This document shows, piece after piece, positions 50,501 through 64,000 of a stretch of 64,000 bases of DNA. The stretch lies in NCBI RefSeq assembly GCF_964204645.1, contig NC_134032.1, forward strand, positions 15,550,275-15,614,274, read 5' to 3'. Each line of letters starts with the position of its first letter. The first letter of the stretch is position 1. The notes under the pieces are model-generated. The model saw only the letters and a program-made list of their open reading frames with translations. It had not been told where the DNA came from and ran no database searches. The position numbers and the translations under genes were made by a program. Source of the stretch: Tubulanus polymorphus (Eukaryota > Animalia > Nemertea).

Positions 50501-53500
50501 TTGAAGGAATGTAAATGTTTACTCGAGACAAGCCAAAAAACCGGTACCATATGATCTTATGTTTGGCCAAAAAATATGCCGTATAGGCCCCGGCTATCAT
50601 TAGAGATTTTAGTCAGGAATCTTATGAACCCCGTCTTGGAAACATTCCTGGATCCGTGCCTGAATCAGTAACACACGTCACACTAGATGATATTGTATGA
50701 AAATAGTTAAACTACTTACACTCCGGGAGAAACAAACGTACGAACTCCTCCCGCCGGAACGCACGACTTAACCGAAATGCCAAAGCTGTAAAACAAAAAA
50801 TACAATTCATTATAATCACATACATTAATTACAAACTCAAATTCTAGAGCAGTTTGAACTGTGTCTCATGAAACTGAACCCAGATGAATCCAGTTCATTC
50901 AGGAATGAGAATTTGTAGTTTTTTCTAAATCTTTTTAAGCTTGCCGACAAGACGAGCGAATTAACAGGTGACCCGAACACCGGCGTAAATATCGAACACG
51001 TTAAATGTCGGCGGGCGACGAAATCACCGTGATGGCCGGTTTATAAATTCACCGGCAAATTTAATCGTCGCGATCGGGCGAAAAAATGGATACGCTCGTG
51101 TCCTTCTAGCTTTATATAATATTACTATTTAGTAACGTTAAACACGAGCTTCCAATATTCTTAGGATCGAAATCTCTTTTGGAAATCTATTGGTTTAATT
51201 CATTCAAAATTGCTAAATTCATCGGTATCGTCTCAAGGTTTAAATATCTATTCCCTAAACCTGACTTACTGGAATTGTATCACATCGGTATCATCTCAAG
51301 GTTTAAATATCTATTCCCTAAACCTGACTTACTGGAATTGTATCACATCGGTATCATCTCAAGGTTAAAATATCTATTCCCTAAACCTGACTTACAGGAA
51401 TTGTATTATATCGGTATCATCTCAAGGTTTAAATATCTATTCCCTAAACCTGACTTACTGGAACTGTATAACATCAGTATCATCTCAAGGTTTAAATATC
51501 TATTCCCTAAACCTGACTTACTGGAATTGTATCACATCGGTATCATCTCAAGGTTTAAATATCTATTCCCTAAACCTGACTTACTGGAATTGTATCACAT
51601 CGGTATCATCTCAAGGTTTAAATATCTATTCCCTAAACCTGACTTACTGGAATTGTATCACATCGGTATCATCTCAAGGTTTAAATATCTATTCCCTAAA
51701 CCTGACTTACTGGGATTGTATTACATCGGTATCATCTCAAGGTTTAAATATCTATTCCCTAAACCTGACTTACTGGAATTGTATCACATCGGTATCATCT
51801 CAAGGTTTAAATATCTATTCCCTAAACCTGACTTACTGGAATTGTATTACATCGGTATCATCTCAAGGTTTAAATATCTATTCCCTAAACCTGACTTACA
51901 GGAATTGTATCACATCGGTATCATCTCAAGGTTTAAATATCTATTCCCTAAACCTGACTTACTGGAATTGTATTACATCGGTATCATCTCAAGGTTTAAA
52001 TATCTATTCCCTAAACCTGACTTACTGGAATTGTATCACATCGGTATCATCTCAAGGTTTAAATATCTATTCCCTAAACCTGACTTAATGGAATTGTTAA
52101 CTGGGGTTTAGAATATATAACGAGACAAGTAGTACTTTATAGGACGTGTAACTAGTTTATTTGACACACAAGCTTTGGGTACTAATGTATAGAAGCTTCA
52201 TCAGGTGAATGAGTGAAGTCAATGGAAACACTTTCGGATATCAACACATTTCAAATTGCTCTCAATTCATGCATTCAAATTATAAGCTCCTAAATAATTT
52301 TAAAAACTTCTTCCACACAGCATGCAATCCATATAATATCATAATTTTTGGAAATAAAATTTGTATTTCCGAGTAGTGCTTTACCCTTTCCTATGGTTTT
52401 AGGTAATATTCTCTGAGAATTTGGAGATTGCCAGAGATTGCATTTAGCCACAGGCGTGACCGATAACTAGCCGTCCTCGCGGTTGTTGTAAATACCGCTA
52501 TACAGCTTCTTGAAGATTGGCTACTCGAGCCATGGACGGAAAGACCGTGCTAATCCGGAGATCCAAGTCCATGCCCAGATATGTGAACTGTTGGGACGGC
52601 ATCAAGTGAGATTTAACATAGTTTACCCGGGACCCTAACTGGTGAACTAAGTCTACGACAGCGGTCGACAGCGGTCACCGCCTCCTGACATTCTATAGTC
52701 GAGTTTGGTACTAGTAACCAGTCGGCGAGGTAAACCAACAGACAAATACTTGGTTATAATCGCCAATCTGGGTGACAACCACGATAGCAACAATGAGAAA
52801 CCATGGTTATAACTGACAAATTTCAAAATGTTCCCTGGAATTATTTTTCTTCCATATCTATGAAACCTATGACTGTAGTCTGGACTTGACCCAAGCTGAT
52901 AAATACCCAGGGCTGTACTGAGGCTGACTGGAAGAGACCGGAATTGGAACTGGCGGCCTTTCCGCTTTATTCCGTGAAATTGACGAGTTCTCTGGTGAAT
53001 AGGAACTTCCCGGTCCAATGAAGCTGCCCATTGACCTGGGCGGAGAATTACCATCCTGGTTTGGTCATTGGAAACCTCGGGATATCCATGTGCCGATTGA
53101 GGAATGACAGGTCTATTATTAAAGTTCATTGACGCCCTGTGGCCTACGGGAGCATAAATATTCGTGAAAACCATCCGGGTGTGGCTTCGTCCCATACCGG
53201 TTTTATTGCTCTCTGTTTGGCCAGATCTTCGAGAGCCGACGAGATTAGAGTCTCGTGACCTGCTTTCGGACGCGTGTCGGGAGGTGACCGCGTAGACTAT
53301 AGAATTGAAGACAGTAGCCGCCGTGATACGACCCGGGAACGCCGGACCAGTGGGTGGCTGCTCGTTATAGACAACCTCTCACTGGCCCCGAGCATTCATT
53401 TTGAGTTTCTCCGAGAGGAAGAGCTCCTTTTAGGAGCATTCCCTGATATGAACTAGAATTATTCTGACCAGAAGGGGCACGAGAATGTTGGAGCTATCCG

Positions 53501-56500
53501 CTTGTTCTCCAACCAGCATTAGTAGCCGCTTGAGAAAGTACGGATGCTTGAGCTGGCATTGTTTGAGTCGGGAACCTTGAGCCACCAGAACACTTCTACG
53601 GAGTCCGTCCGCACGGTAGACTTGAATCTTCACCTCTCGAATCTTCCTCCGTTTAGTCAAAACTGGAGCACTCCAACCGGAGAAGAGACGTGAAGAAGAA
53701 CCTAATTGAGCTCTTAATACTCTACGTTCGACTGTGGCAATCGAGGATTCCAATTGTGGCAATCGTGGACCCACCAGGTGCCGCTAATGTGCATTCAGAC
53801 AACTCCCGGATTTCTTCTCAGATTCAATTCAAATCAATCCATAATTTCTCAAATTCTTTGAACAGTGATCAGTAAAAACCACCTTAAATATGAACCTAAA
53901 GATCATCTGAGGAGAATTTGCCTAATTTCTCATAAGGGAGGCTAAAAATCTAGATGAAAGTTCATTGAAAATGAACTAGATTTTGACAAGGTTGTCGCAC
54001 TGATCACACACACGCCATCTAGTGGGATAACTGGTGGTACAGAGAGTCCTAATTGAGTCCATATCTAGCAGACAGACCTTAGACCCGCTGTCCAAGTCTG
54101 ATTGGCGGGAAGCTAAAATAAGATTAACCTGACCCCGAAATGATAATGGACAGACGGAGCCAAGGATTGAATAACCTGGGTAACTGACTCAGGCTCGGAG
54201 CCACCCATCTCAGGCTCGGAGCCACCCACGGATGGCTGCGAGTCTCACGTAGCTCACTTGTTAATACAGCTATATCCTGGAACGAACTATAAACCCTGGT
54301 AAGGTTATCCAGGATTGATGTTACTACCACCAGACCAGACTTAGGCAGAGGAATACCAGACTGGAGTTGAACCGCTATGTGGGCAGATGAGACTCTAGTC
54401 CATAGCACACGGAGGTACACAATAATACGAGCGCAATGCTCCTAGAAGAGTTTCTACAATGGATGTCTGAGTATAGTCAGCATCCACAGCAAGACCCCTA
54501 CAGAGGTTCTACAATCGATGTCTGAGTATAGTCAGCATCCACAGCAAGGCCCCTACAGGGGTTCTACAATCGATGTGTGAGTATAGTCAGCATCCACAGC
54601 AAGGCCCCTACAGAGGTTCTACAATCGATGTGTGAGTATAGTCAGCATCCACAGCAAGGCCCCTACAGAGGTTCTACAATCGATGTCTGAGTATAGTCAG
54701 CATCCACAGCAAGGCCCCTACAAAGGTTCTACAATCGATGTGTGAGTATAGTCAGCATCCACAGCAAGGCCCCTACAGAGGTTCTACAATCGATGTCTGA
54801 GTATAGTCTGCATCCACAGCAAGGCCCCTACAGAGGTTCTACAATCGATGTCCGAGTATAGTCAGCATCCACAGCAAGGCCCCTACAGAGGTTCTACAAT
54901 CGATGTCTGAGTATAGTCTGCATCCACAGCAAGGCCCCTACAGAGGTTCTACAATCGATGTCCGAGTATAGTCAGCATCCACAGCAAGGCCCCTACAGAG
55001 GTTCTACAATCGATGTCTGAGTATAGTCTGCATCCACAGCAAGGCCCCTACAGAGGTTCTACAATCGATGTCTGAGTATAGTCTGCATCCACAGCAAGGC
55101 CCCTACAGAGGTTCTACAATCGATGTCTGAGTATAGTCAGCATCCACAGCAAGGCCCCTACAGAGGTTCTACAATCGATGTCTGAGTATAGTCAGCATCC
55201 ACAGCAAGGCCCCTACAGAGGTTCTACAATCGATGTCTGAGTATAGTCAGCATCCACAGCAAGGCCCCTACAGAGGTTCTACAATCGATGTCTGAGTATA
55301 GTCTGCATCCACAGCAAGGCCCCTACAGAGGTTCTACAATCGATGTCCGAGTATAGTCAGCATCCACAGCAAGGCCCCTACAGAGGTTCTACAATCGATG
55401 TCTGAGTATAGTCTGCATCCACAGCAAGGCCCCTACAGAGGTTCTACAATCGATGTCCGAGTATAGTCAGCATCCACAGCAAGGCCCCTACAGAGGTTCT
55501 ACAATCGATGTCTGAGTATAGTCTGCATCCACAGCAAGGCCCCTACAGAGGTTCTACAATCGATGTCTGAGTATAGTCTGCATCCACAGCAAGGCCCCTA
55601 CAGAGGTTCTACAATCGATGTCTGAGTATAGTCAGCATCCACAGCAAGGCCCCTACAGAGGTTCTACAATCGATGTCTGAGTATAGTCAGCATCCACAGC
55701 AAGGCCCCTACAGAGGTTCTACAATCGATGTCTGAGTATAGTCAGCATCCACAGCAAGGCCCCTACAGAGGTTCTACAATCGATGTCTGAGTATAGTCTG
55801 CATCCACAGCAAGGCCCCTACAAAGGTTCTACAATCGATGTCTGAGTATAGTCAGCATCCACAGCAAGGCCCCTACAGAGGTTCTACAAAGTAACATGTC
55901 GAAATTTTGGACTGGACGCTATGGAACGTGTTGATCAATAAAATCAATCTTTTGTTGTCAAATTTCCATTGTTGCCGTTGTATAACGTCCAACATGGCGG
56001 TCATAATCAGTTGCTATAGTGACATGACATCATCGACGAACTTCTATAGGCAGTTCCATCGTACTGCCTGAATATTGCGTATCTAATCGAGTCTCTTGTT
56101 CTCTTGAAACCGCTGAAACCGGAGGGGGGGATTCACCGGGGACCTGCTGAGGGCATAGCACGAGTTGCTCCACGTTAAATAAACTAGACATTAACCCTCG
56201 ACCAGTGAATCATGTAGGGCTCATCCTCCGACCACCATAAATAAACCACAATTCAACTATGAATGAAATTATATAGTCTAAACCTGTACACCTTAGAGAT
56301 GTAACAAGCTCCAAGTCGGCTATTTAAGACACTGATATAACTGTGGTGGCCATCTTTGATGACCTACACACATCAAACACAGTAGAGTTCATCCTCCTTG
56401 TGCTCGAGTCACAAGGAAATCAAACAAAAAAGTCTGTAGAGCGGGAATAAGCTTCAAAATAGCTATTTCACACATCAAAACGACTGTGGCGGCCATCTTG

Positions 56501-59500
56501 GATGACGTATATTTGTCAAAAACAATAGGGCTCATCTTCCTCACACCTAAAATAAACATACCTAGTCACAAGAAAATCAACGAAAAACTGAAGCCTGCAG
56601 AGTGGGAACAATAGCTGCACGCCCGTCTGCCCACGCCCGTACGGACACACGTGACAACAATACCCCTTGCGTCCTACGGCTGAGGGGTAAAAAGCTTATT
56701 GCAGCAGGAACAAGATCCTCGTTGAAATCAGAAATTCAGTCAGAATTCTGAATAACTGATGAGTGGGTTGGTGAACTTCTAACCGGGCAATTAGGAATAG
56801 GCTTACCTGTGACTGCGGTAGCTTAGATGAAAATAACAAGTTTAAAATCTTACTTTCGAAATCGCGGAAATCCGGATTCTTGTGACGACTTCCTAAACGG
56901 TCCCTCGACGTGAAAGACGTGAACTTCCTTAACGGTCCCTCGACGTAAAAGACGTGAACTTCCTAAATGGTCCCTCGACGTGAAAGACATGAACTTCCTA
57001 AACGGTCTCTCAACGTGAAAGACATGAACTTCTAAAACGGTCCCTCGACGTGAAAGACATGAACTTCCTAAACGGTCCCTCGACGTGAACTTCCTAAATG
57101 GTCCCTCGACGTGAAAGACATGAACTTCCTAAACGGTCCCTCGACGTGAAAGACGTGAACTTTCTAAACGGTCCCTCGACGTGAAAGACATGAACTTCCT
57201 AAACGGTCCCTCGACGTGAACTTCCGAAAACGGTCCCTCGACGTGAACTGATGAATGATGATGGTTTCTACAGAATCAATCATAATCCCTCGATCTCGAT
57301 CTCCGTGAAGTTGACCTTACTCCTGCATCTGGTAGGAGAGCGCCCTCTACCAAAACTGGAGCCATGATAACTATGTTTCAAATTTGAAACATCAGAATCA
57401 AATGAATCGCACAAAACCGATGTTTAGTACCGGGTGATGCCTGGACCGGCCCGGTGCACGGAGCTGACCGGATGTTCAGTACCCGGTGATGCCTGGACCG
57501 GACCAGTGCACGGAGCTGACCAGATGTTCAGTACCCGGTGATGCCTGGACCGGCCCGGTGCACGGAGCTGACCGGATGTTCAGTACCCGGTGATGCCTTG
57601 ACCGGCCCGGTGCACGGAGCTGACCGGATGTTCAGTACCCGGTGATGCCTGGACCGGACCAGTGCACGGAGCTGACCAGATGTTCAGTACCCGGTGATGC
57701 CTGGACCGGACCAGTGCATGGAGCTGACTGGATGTTCAGTACCCGGTGATGCCTGGACCGGACCAGATGTTCAGTACCCGGTGATGCCTGGACCGGACCA
57801 GTGTACGGAGCTGACCGGATGTTCAGTACCCGGTGATGCCTGGACCGGACCAGTGCACGGAGCTGACCAGATGTTCAGTACCCGGTGATGCCTCGACCGG
57901 TGCATGGAGCTGACCGGATGTTCAGTACCCGGTGATGCCTGGACCGGACCGATGCATGGAGCTGACCGGATGTTCAGTACCCGGTGATGCCTCGACCGGT
58001 GCATGGAGCTGACCCGATGTTCAGAACCCGGTGATGCCTGGACCGGTGCTAGGAATAGCCCGGACCGGACTGGTCATGTGCAGGTAATACCAGTCAGAAA
58101 CTGAACCAGATGAACCGTTGATTGACCGGTGAACCATGGATCTTCCGAACAACAAAACGCAAGTCCAGGAAGGATTAACTCTGAACGCCCGATTTAGCCC
58201 AACACCACGAACACAGAACGTAATCAGGGCCCGAACAGATGACCGCATCCCTCACGACGACGACGACGGACTTTAGCAGGGAGCGGCATTATCCCATTCA
58301 AAATACAACAATTAAATATTCGCTTTAGATATAACAGATATTTGATAACATACACGCAATTCAAGAAAGATGCATTGATTTGATTTGATTATAATAAATT
58401 AAATTAGACCAAACAAACGTAAAATTCACGAGGGAACAAAAACAGGACAAACTCACTGTATAGAGAGTACAAGTACTCACTGTTTAGAGAGTGCAAGTCT
58501 CTCTTGAATTCCTAAATCCCATAGAGACAAAATCAAACACCTTCTTATAAAAAACGCCAAGAAAAAGGAAGGCTAAATGCAATACAGCAGAGCCAGGTCG
58601 TATAGAAAAACCGCTGGCGATCATTCAATCAAAATTTAGAAATATTGGCAAAAACCGTAGGAAAATGTCCACAGTACTCGAAGGAAATATGATATTGTAT
58701 TTTGTCCTACACCGAACCTGACGTCACAGAGTTATGAAAACTGGTCACAACTTTAACTGTTTTAACACCATACAAAAAATTGAATGCATTGAAATTGTAT
58801 TTGAAGACTGAACTTACTTCGTGCTTGGAAGTCTGGAGGCGTCTCCGGCGGGAGGGGTGCGCTGCTGCTGCTGCTGCTGCTGCTACTGTTGTTTAGGTCA
58901 GACTGTAAATAGAAATAATATAAAAATCAATGCAATAGAAAATTAACACATCAGGCACTAATTACACAATAGTTCACAGTAGAATGAAGGGGTCTGGGTA
59001 CAAAAACGTGTATTCTAAGATTATCAGTATATATTTTCTTGAGGAATTTCATAAGAACCAGTACACTAGGAGGAAAGTGAGGCATGTGAGATTGAGGGCG
59101 TCACTGATACTTACATTAAGAGACGGAGACGGTGCAAGGCGACCGATATGACCCTAGAAATGAAAATAATATAAATATATTAGTCAAATTCATAAACGGT
59201 TGAACTTTTCAACATTTTTCATATGATGTTCATTAGTTCAAGGTGCAGCTTTTTTAAACAATTTTAATAAGAAAAAAGTATTCAGGTATAGCTAGCACTA
59301 TATCAGGGACGTAGCTTGAAGCGGTTCAGGGGGGTTCGAAAATTCAGTTCCTCGCAAAGAAAAATTAAACAGAGATAACAATATTAAAATTTGTTCATTT
59401 AATCAAACCTTCGTTTATCAAAAGGAATCTACCAGAGGCAATTTATCTGGGCACGTTTTCAAAATTTGTTTTGGTTAGCGGGCCCCGTTCTGTTCCAGCC

Positions 59501-62500
59501 AAACGCTACGGACCTGTCTATGGCAATAGCTAATCAACATTGATATAATTATCACCGGTCGCTGTGGTCAATACACCGTGCATTGTTAAACTTGATAGGC
59601 GTTCATTTCCTGTAAATGAGGGCGCTGCTGGTTACCTCGCTTCAGTATTAGGGAATAGATGGAGCCACTTGTCAAATCATACTCGATTTATTAAGCTAAC
59701 TCCACTGTATAGATGGCGCCACTAACCATGATTTCCACGGAAACAAGAATATATACTTAGTAAGCAGAATACGAGTGGGAAGGGTTTCAAGCGTAATATC
59801 AAAATATTGATTTGATTGGTTTAAAAATCTCCAAAACGCTTTCGGTACTCAACGAAGTTAAACATCCGTTTCCTAACTTTACTTTATCACACGCCAAAGA
59901 ATGGGTTACCGGCAGTCTTACTGTGGCAATCGAGGATTCCATGCACGGCAGGCGAGGATCCACCAGGTGTCGCTAGGAGATAATTGGTCGTCTGCGTTCG
60001 ATTTTCTTGTACATTTCAATTAAATCTGAATGAATTGTTCTCTTAAATGAATCAATTATTAATGAAAACTAAACCGATATCAGAGTAGAAGAATGAAAGT
60101 ATTTCTTCTTCAAACCAGTTCAAAGTTCATCGAAAATGAATTAATTTTGACAACGAACGACCTACTACTCGTTGCGCCATCTGGTGGAATAGCTGGTTTT
60201 GCGGGTATCCCATAAATCAAATATCACACTTATGGCGCCATCTAACGGTAAAAGTAATACGCACAGGTTTTTAAACACGGAGGATATTAATATAAGGTGA
60301 CGAACACCTTTTAAACATTGGAACGAGGAAATACAACAGATTGATATCATACATTGACACGCGAGACCAAAGACTCTTATACAACAGACCCTTAACTCAA
60401 AAAGTCAATATGAAAAATAACAATTTCATTACATTTATCACAAATCTATTGATTCACAGCAGGTTCATATTTGCTGTGTTTTGATCTGTTTGATGATTGT
60501 TGATCCAATTACAAGACCGATATCAATGTATGGTATATCAATATATTCTATCAAATAAAAATATTAATGTATTATTAAAATATTAACGGTATAACTAGGG
60601 GTGCAGGGACCCACTTTGGAAGTGGTCTGAAATGCTCGACGATCTGACATTTTCAAATTTAACTCCCCCTGGTTTAAAAGGAACCAAAGACAATGAAACT
60701 CACTACACATATACAGAACATGTCATGAGATTATTTATAACTTTATTTGTAACTAGAGCAAAAACCTGCTCTATACCGATATATATTAAACTCTGATTTC
60801 AATGTAATATAACAACAGAATTGATCCTTAAAATCTGCTAAAGTGCTGATTTTGCCGGGGAAAAAAAATGGACATACAAGTCCGCCATCTTAATTCCAAT
60901 TGCGCCGATATTTTGAGTTTGAGTAGTTTCAGTATATAAACCAATTATCAACACGATAAATCAAAAACTACCCGAGACAACTGGACGCAAAGTGAAAGCA
61001 ATAACTATAGTCCCGAGTGAGATAAAAAATAAATTAGTTTGAACTTAAAATTCAAGATCAATGTTTAATGTCTTACATCCACGTGCTGTATGGGTGATAT
61101 GTTCTGTAAAGATAAAATAAAACAAAATATTAGATGGATATTCATGAATGCATGTATCACTGATTCGGGTTTTCAATAAAAACTGATTAACGAATGATAA
61201 GAATTCCTAATTAGCATAATTTATGCAAAACAGCTACTACCCTCTATTTTCAAATTACAAATTGAAATAAGCGTGATTTATTAGAAAATAGTTATCACTT
61301 ACCGGCGTAGTAGGCGGTGAACCGCTGGGCGGCGTTGTCGGCAAAAACTGAAAATACAATCAAAGACAATGTTAAAAACCTGATCTGATTTGTATAGTGT
61401 AAGTAAATGGTTTTGGGGTTCGGACCGTCTGCCCACACGAAAAAACCCGACCCTCGCGCTACTGCTGCATATGACTGCTCGGTGCGTCTGAGGAGCCTTG
61501 ATGGACAGAACACACCATTGATGGAATAATGGTTAATTCAGTCTAACCTCGTTAAAACTCTGTAAATGTGAGTTAAACTCATTGAAATTCCCTTTTGTTT
61601 ACCATGAGGTAACATTGGACTGGTTTTTCAGTTTTTCTCCACTCGTCTATAACGGGCTATCAATCAATATGGTCGAATGTGCAGAATGTTCCAGCTGATA
61701 AAAACTGGGTTCCAAAATAATCAGCCCTTTGCATGTGATGATGCGAACGATCAGGCTGGGTGCACCCTGGTATAGATTTGACGATGCAGTAATGTATGAC
61801 GGACATTACCTGTCAGTAGCAGAAGCAGGGTTTAATATTCTATATATATAAATTTCGGTTTCAAGCTCAAGAATGATGACTTCAAACAGGCGTTTACGAT
61901 AACTTACGTCAATCCCAGACATTGAAATGTTGAAACGTTGTTGGTCATTCTGTTGTTGTTGTTGCTGTTGTTGTTGTTGTTGTTGAGTTCTCTATAAAAG
62001 AGAAAACATATTTCATACAATGACAAGAAATAGGACGAACACGAAATCAGAGTTTATCTAACAGTTTATCTCCAGGACGGATGTGGCTGTGAAATCAGAC
62101 AGTTTATCTCTAGGACGGACACGTCTGTTAAATGTTGCCACTGGTTACCTCGAAAAAACCGTTCCCGATATAACAAAATAGTTTCCATAGCAACCAGACG
62201 AGGTCAAACAATGCAAATTGAGAGATAATAAGGTAATGGATTCGAGGGGGCAGCAGACTACAGTAGACTCGGCCACCCTACTCGGTACCCGGTTGATATT
62301 GCATACACAATTTCTGATCCTTAAAGTAAAAATCCTAAAATTTAAAAAGTCGGTATTCGGTTAATTAATGGTCCAAATAGAACAGAGTTAAGCGGAGTCT
62401 GCTGTATCATCATTTTGATATTGATGCCTATGATTTTAGAGAATGTCGATATTTAATGGAACAATACATTTAGCCGATCCAGAAAAATTTTATAAACGTA

Positions 62501-63217
62501 ATTCTAACCATTTTTTCCTTTTTTTTCATTTAATTTTTTTTTTCATTAGTGGTGAGACGAAAATGACGTCATCGACTCACTACCATCTTACGTCATGAAG
62601 GTCAAAAATAGGATAAATGTTCTCATGTATCGCCATGGGAACGTTGGGACCCATAATTGGTGCCACGACCTAAACGTTACTGTTGCCATGGATACCACAA
62701 AGAAACTTAAATAAATAGTTTCCATAGCAACCAGGCAATGTTAAACAATGCAAATTTAGAATGGAGAGAAATGAGGCTATGGGTTGGGCAACAACTAGCA
62801 GCGCATACAGTAACTAATCGCGATTCAATACAATATTTTTATTCTTATATCTTTACTTTTAGAGAATATCGATATTTTACTAAACGATGCATTGAGCAGA
62901 AATCCAGAAAGATCCAGAAATATTTCACCAACGTTATTTTCAATATTTTTTTTTCTTTTTTTTCATTCTAGATGCAATTCAGGGCCCAGTTTCACAAACA
63001 GGTTTAACTCTTAAATCGATTTGATTTCTTCATTAATTCAGTTTATCTTAAATCGATTTAGGCGTTAATCCTTTTTGTGAAACTGGACCCAGGGGTACAA
63101 AATACTAAGTATGGGATGAATAAATAAGCATGGAAGCAGTAAATTTGTACTTACTTTATTGTACGGGCTTGAGGTTGAGGGCCCCGCGCCCCTGGTTTTG
63201 GTTGTGGCTTTTGGCAT
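47577..63217 (-). CDS. Uncharacterised ~345-aa Pro/Ser/Gln-rich, predicted disordered nuclear protein encoded by small exons
   Basis: Phase-consistent exons with polypyrimidine-AG acceptors and GTAAG donors: 63220-63155 (K-MPKATTKTRGAGPSTSSPYNK), 61991-61908 (poly-Q), 61347-61303, 61103-61077, 59153-59115, 58902-58818, optional 56821-56807, 50785-50720, 49574-49342, 47969-47577 (stop). The frame is open throughout. Basic clusters PKKTRTKRKRK and RKRPRR. The start Met is uncertain and upstream exons may lie beyond the window. Confidence 0.72.
48378..48730. mobile_element. Imperfect foldback element in an intron
   Basis: CAGGGACTCGAACCTGATGGCATCG vs CGATGCCATCAGGTTCGAATCCCTG, and TGCGCAGGTACATGCGCAG vs CTGCGCATGTATCTGCGCA, inverted. 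Confidence 0.65.
50007..50110. repeat. 15-bp tandem repeat, about 7 copies, containing ATTGG/CCAAT
   Basis: (TATTCTGATTGGTTC)n. Confidence 0.95.
50424..50662. mobile_element. MITE
   Basis: TIR CAGGCGCGGATCCAGG / CCTGGATCCGTGCCTG. Confidence 0.7.
51221..52097. repeat. 63-bp minisatellite, about 14 copies (source of the spurious 310-aa ORF)
   Basis: Unit ATCGGTATCATCTCAAGGTTTAAATATCTATTCCCTAAACCTGACTTACTGGAATTGTATCAC. Confidence 0.95.
52430..54040 (-). mobile_element. Decayed DIRS1-type retrotransposon (reverse transcriptase fragments)
   Basis: Minus-strand fragments IIDLSFLNRHMDIPRFPMT, LRPGQWAASLD and LGSRVNYVKSHLMPSQQFTYLGMDLD resemble DIRS1-group RT motifs; stops and frameshifts are present. 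Segment ~53730-54040 recurs at ~59920-60200. Confidence 0.72.
54451..55889. repeat. 55-bp minisatellite, about 26 copies
   Basis: Unit GTTCTACAATCGATGTCTGAGTATAGTCAGCATCCACAGCAAGGCCCCTACAGAG. Confidence 0.97.
56887..57248. repeat. ~35-bp minisatellite
   Basis: Unit ACTTCCTAAACGGTCCCTCGACGTGAAAGACATGA, with internal deletions. Confidence 0.93.
57415..58050. repeat. 52-bp GC-rich minisatellite
   Basis: Unit GATGTTCAGTACCCGGTGATGCCTGGACCGGACCAGTGCACGGAGCTGACCG. Confidence 0.95.
62983..63089. mobile_element. Short MITE (CAG TSD)
   Basis: TIR GGCCCAGTTTCACAAA / TTTGTGAAACTGGACC, flanked by CAG. Confidence 0.72.
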
Positions 63218-63288
63218 CTTCTAGAAAAACAAGTAAAAATATTAAATCATTTGAAAATATATCAGTCAGTCTTATTCTGGTTCAGTGA

Positions 63289-64000
63289 ACTAATTCTCTA
63301 TATGGTGCATGTAGGGGTCCAGGAACACCACATCCACTAATTCTCTATATGGTGCATGTAGGGGTCCAGGGACACCACATCCACTAATTCTCTATATGGT
63401 GCATGAAGGGGTCCAGGGACACCACATCCACTAATTCTCTATATGGTGCATGTAGGGGTCCAGGAACACCACATCCACTAATTCTCTATATGGTGCATGT
63501 AGGGGTCCAGGGACACCACATGCACTAATTCTCTATATGGTGCATGTAGGGGTGCAGGGACACCACATCCACTAATTCTCTATATGGTGCATGTAGGGGT
63601 CCAGGGACACCACATCCACTAATTCTCTATATGGTGCATGTAGGGGTGCAGGGACACCACATCCACTAATTCTCTATATGGTGCATGTAGGGGTCCAGGG
63701 ACACCACATCCACTAATTCTCTATATGGTGCATGTAGGGGTGCAGGGACACCACATCCACTAATTCTCTATATGGTGCATGTAGGGGTCCAGGGACACCA
63801 CATCCACTAATTCTCTATATGGTGCATGTAGGGGTGCAGGGACACCACATCCACTAATTCTCTATATGGTGCATGTAGGGGTCCAGGGACACCACATCCA
63901 CTAATTCTCTATATGGTGCATGTAGGGGTCCAGGGACACCACATCCACTAATTCTCTATATGGTGCATGTAGGGGTGCAGGGACACCACATCCACTAATT
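63289..64000. repeat. 47-bp minisatellite, at least 15 copies, running off the window end
   Basis: Unit ACTAATTCTCTATATGGTGCATGTAGGGGTCCAGGGACACCACATCC. Confidence 0.97.

Noticed and set aside
51179-52111. 310-aa ORF of 21-aa repeats (IGIISRFKYLFPKPDLLELYH)
   Set aside because: Translation of a 63-bp minisatellite lying antisense in an intron; non-ATG start and no unique coding flanks.
54124-54420. Possible DIRS RNase H fragment
   Set aside because: Only vague motif resemblance, and out of the expected order relative to the RT fragments.
54451-55889. CRISPR-like appearance of the regular arrays (also 46195-46955 and 63289-64000)
   Set aside because: No unique spacers, no cas genes, and eukaryotic context.

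Overview
AT-rich, intron- and repeat-rich animal genomic DNA, apparently invertebrate; the species cannot be determined from the sequence. Almost none of the supplied ORFs are genes as listed, but manual GT-AG, phase-consistent splicing recovers three multi-exon genes. (1) A + strand secreted Argos/giant-lens-like protein of about 240 aa (CDS 12633-25021) with the 6+4+6 Cys pattern of this EGF-ligand-sequestering family. (2) Nested antisense inside its 10.6-kb intron, a 21-exon gene (22700-14379) for a type I membrane receptor of about 1060 aa: signal peptide, 5 CUB domains, a TM helix and a ~400-aa acidic cytoplasmic tail with about 20 tandem ED[T/D/E]Y[V/I] tyrosine motifs. This nested pair is the most striking candidate new system. 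(3) A - strand micro-exon-rich gene (63217-47577) for a ~345-aa disordered, Pro/Ser-rich protein with NLS-like and RxLF motifs and no recognisable domain. The window also holds a tRNA-Val(TAC) gene, a 69-bp tandem array of minimal hammerhead ribozymes plus dispersed Penelope-type hammerheads, a decayed DIRS-type retrotransposon, many MITEs (several with CWG target duplications), a 1919-bp tandem duplication and more than 12 minisatellite arrays. All gene models and family assignments were made by eye and need RNA-seq and HMM confirmation.
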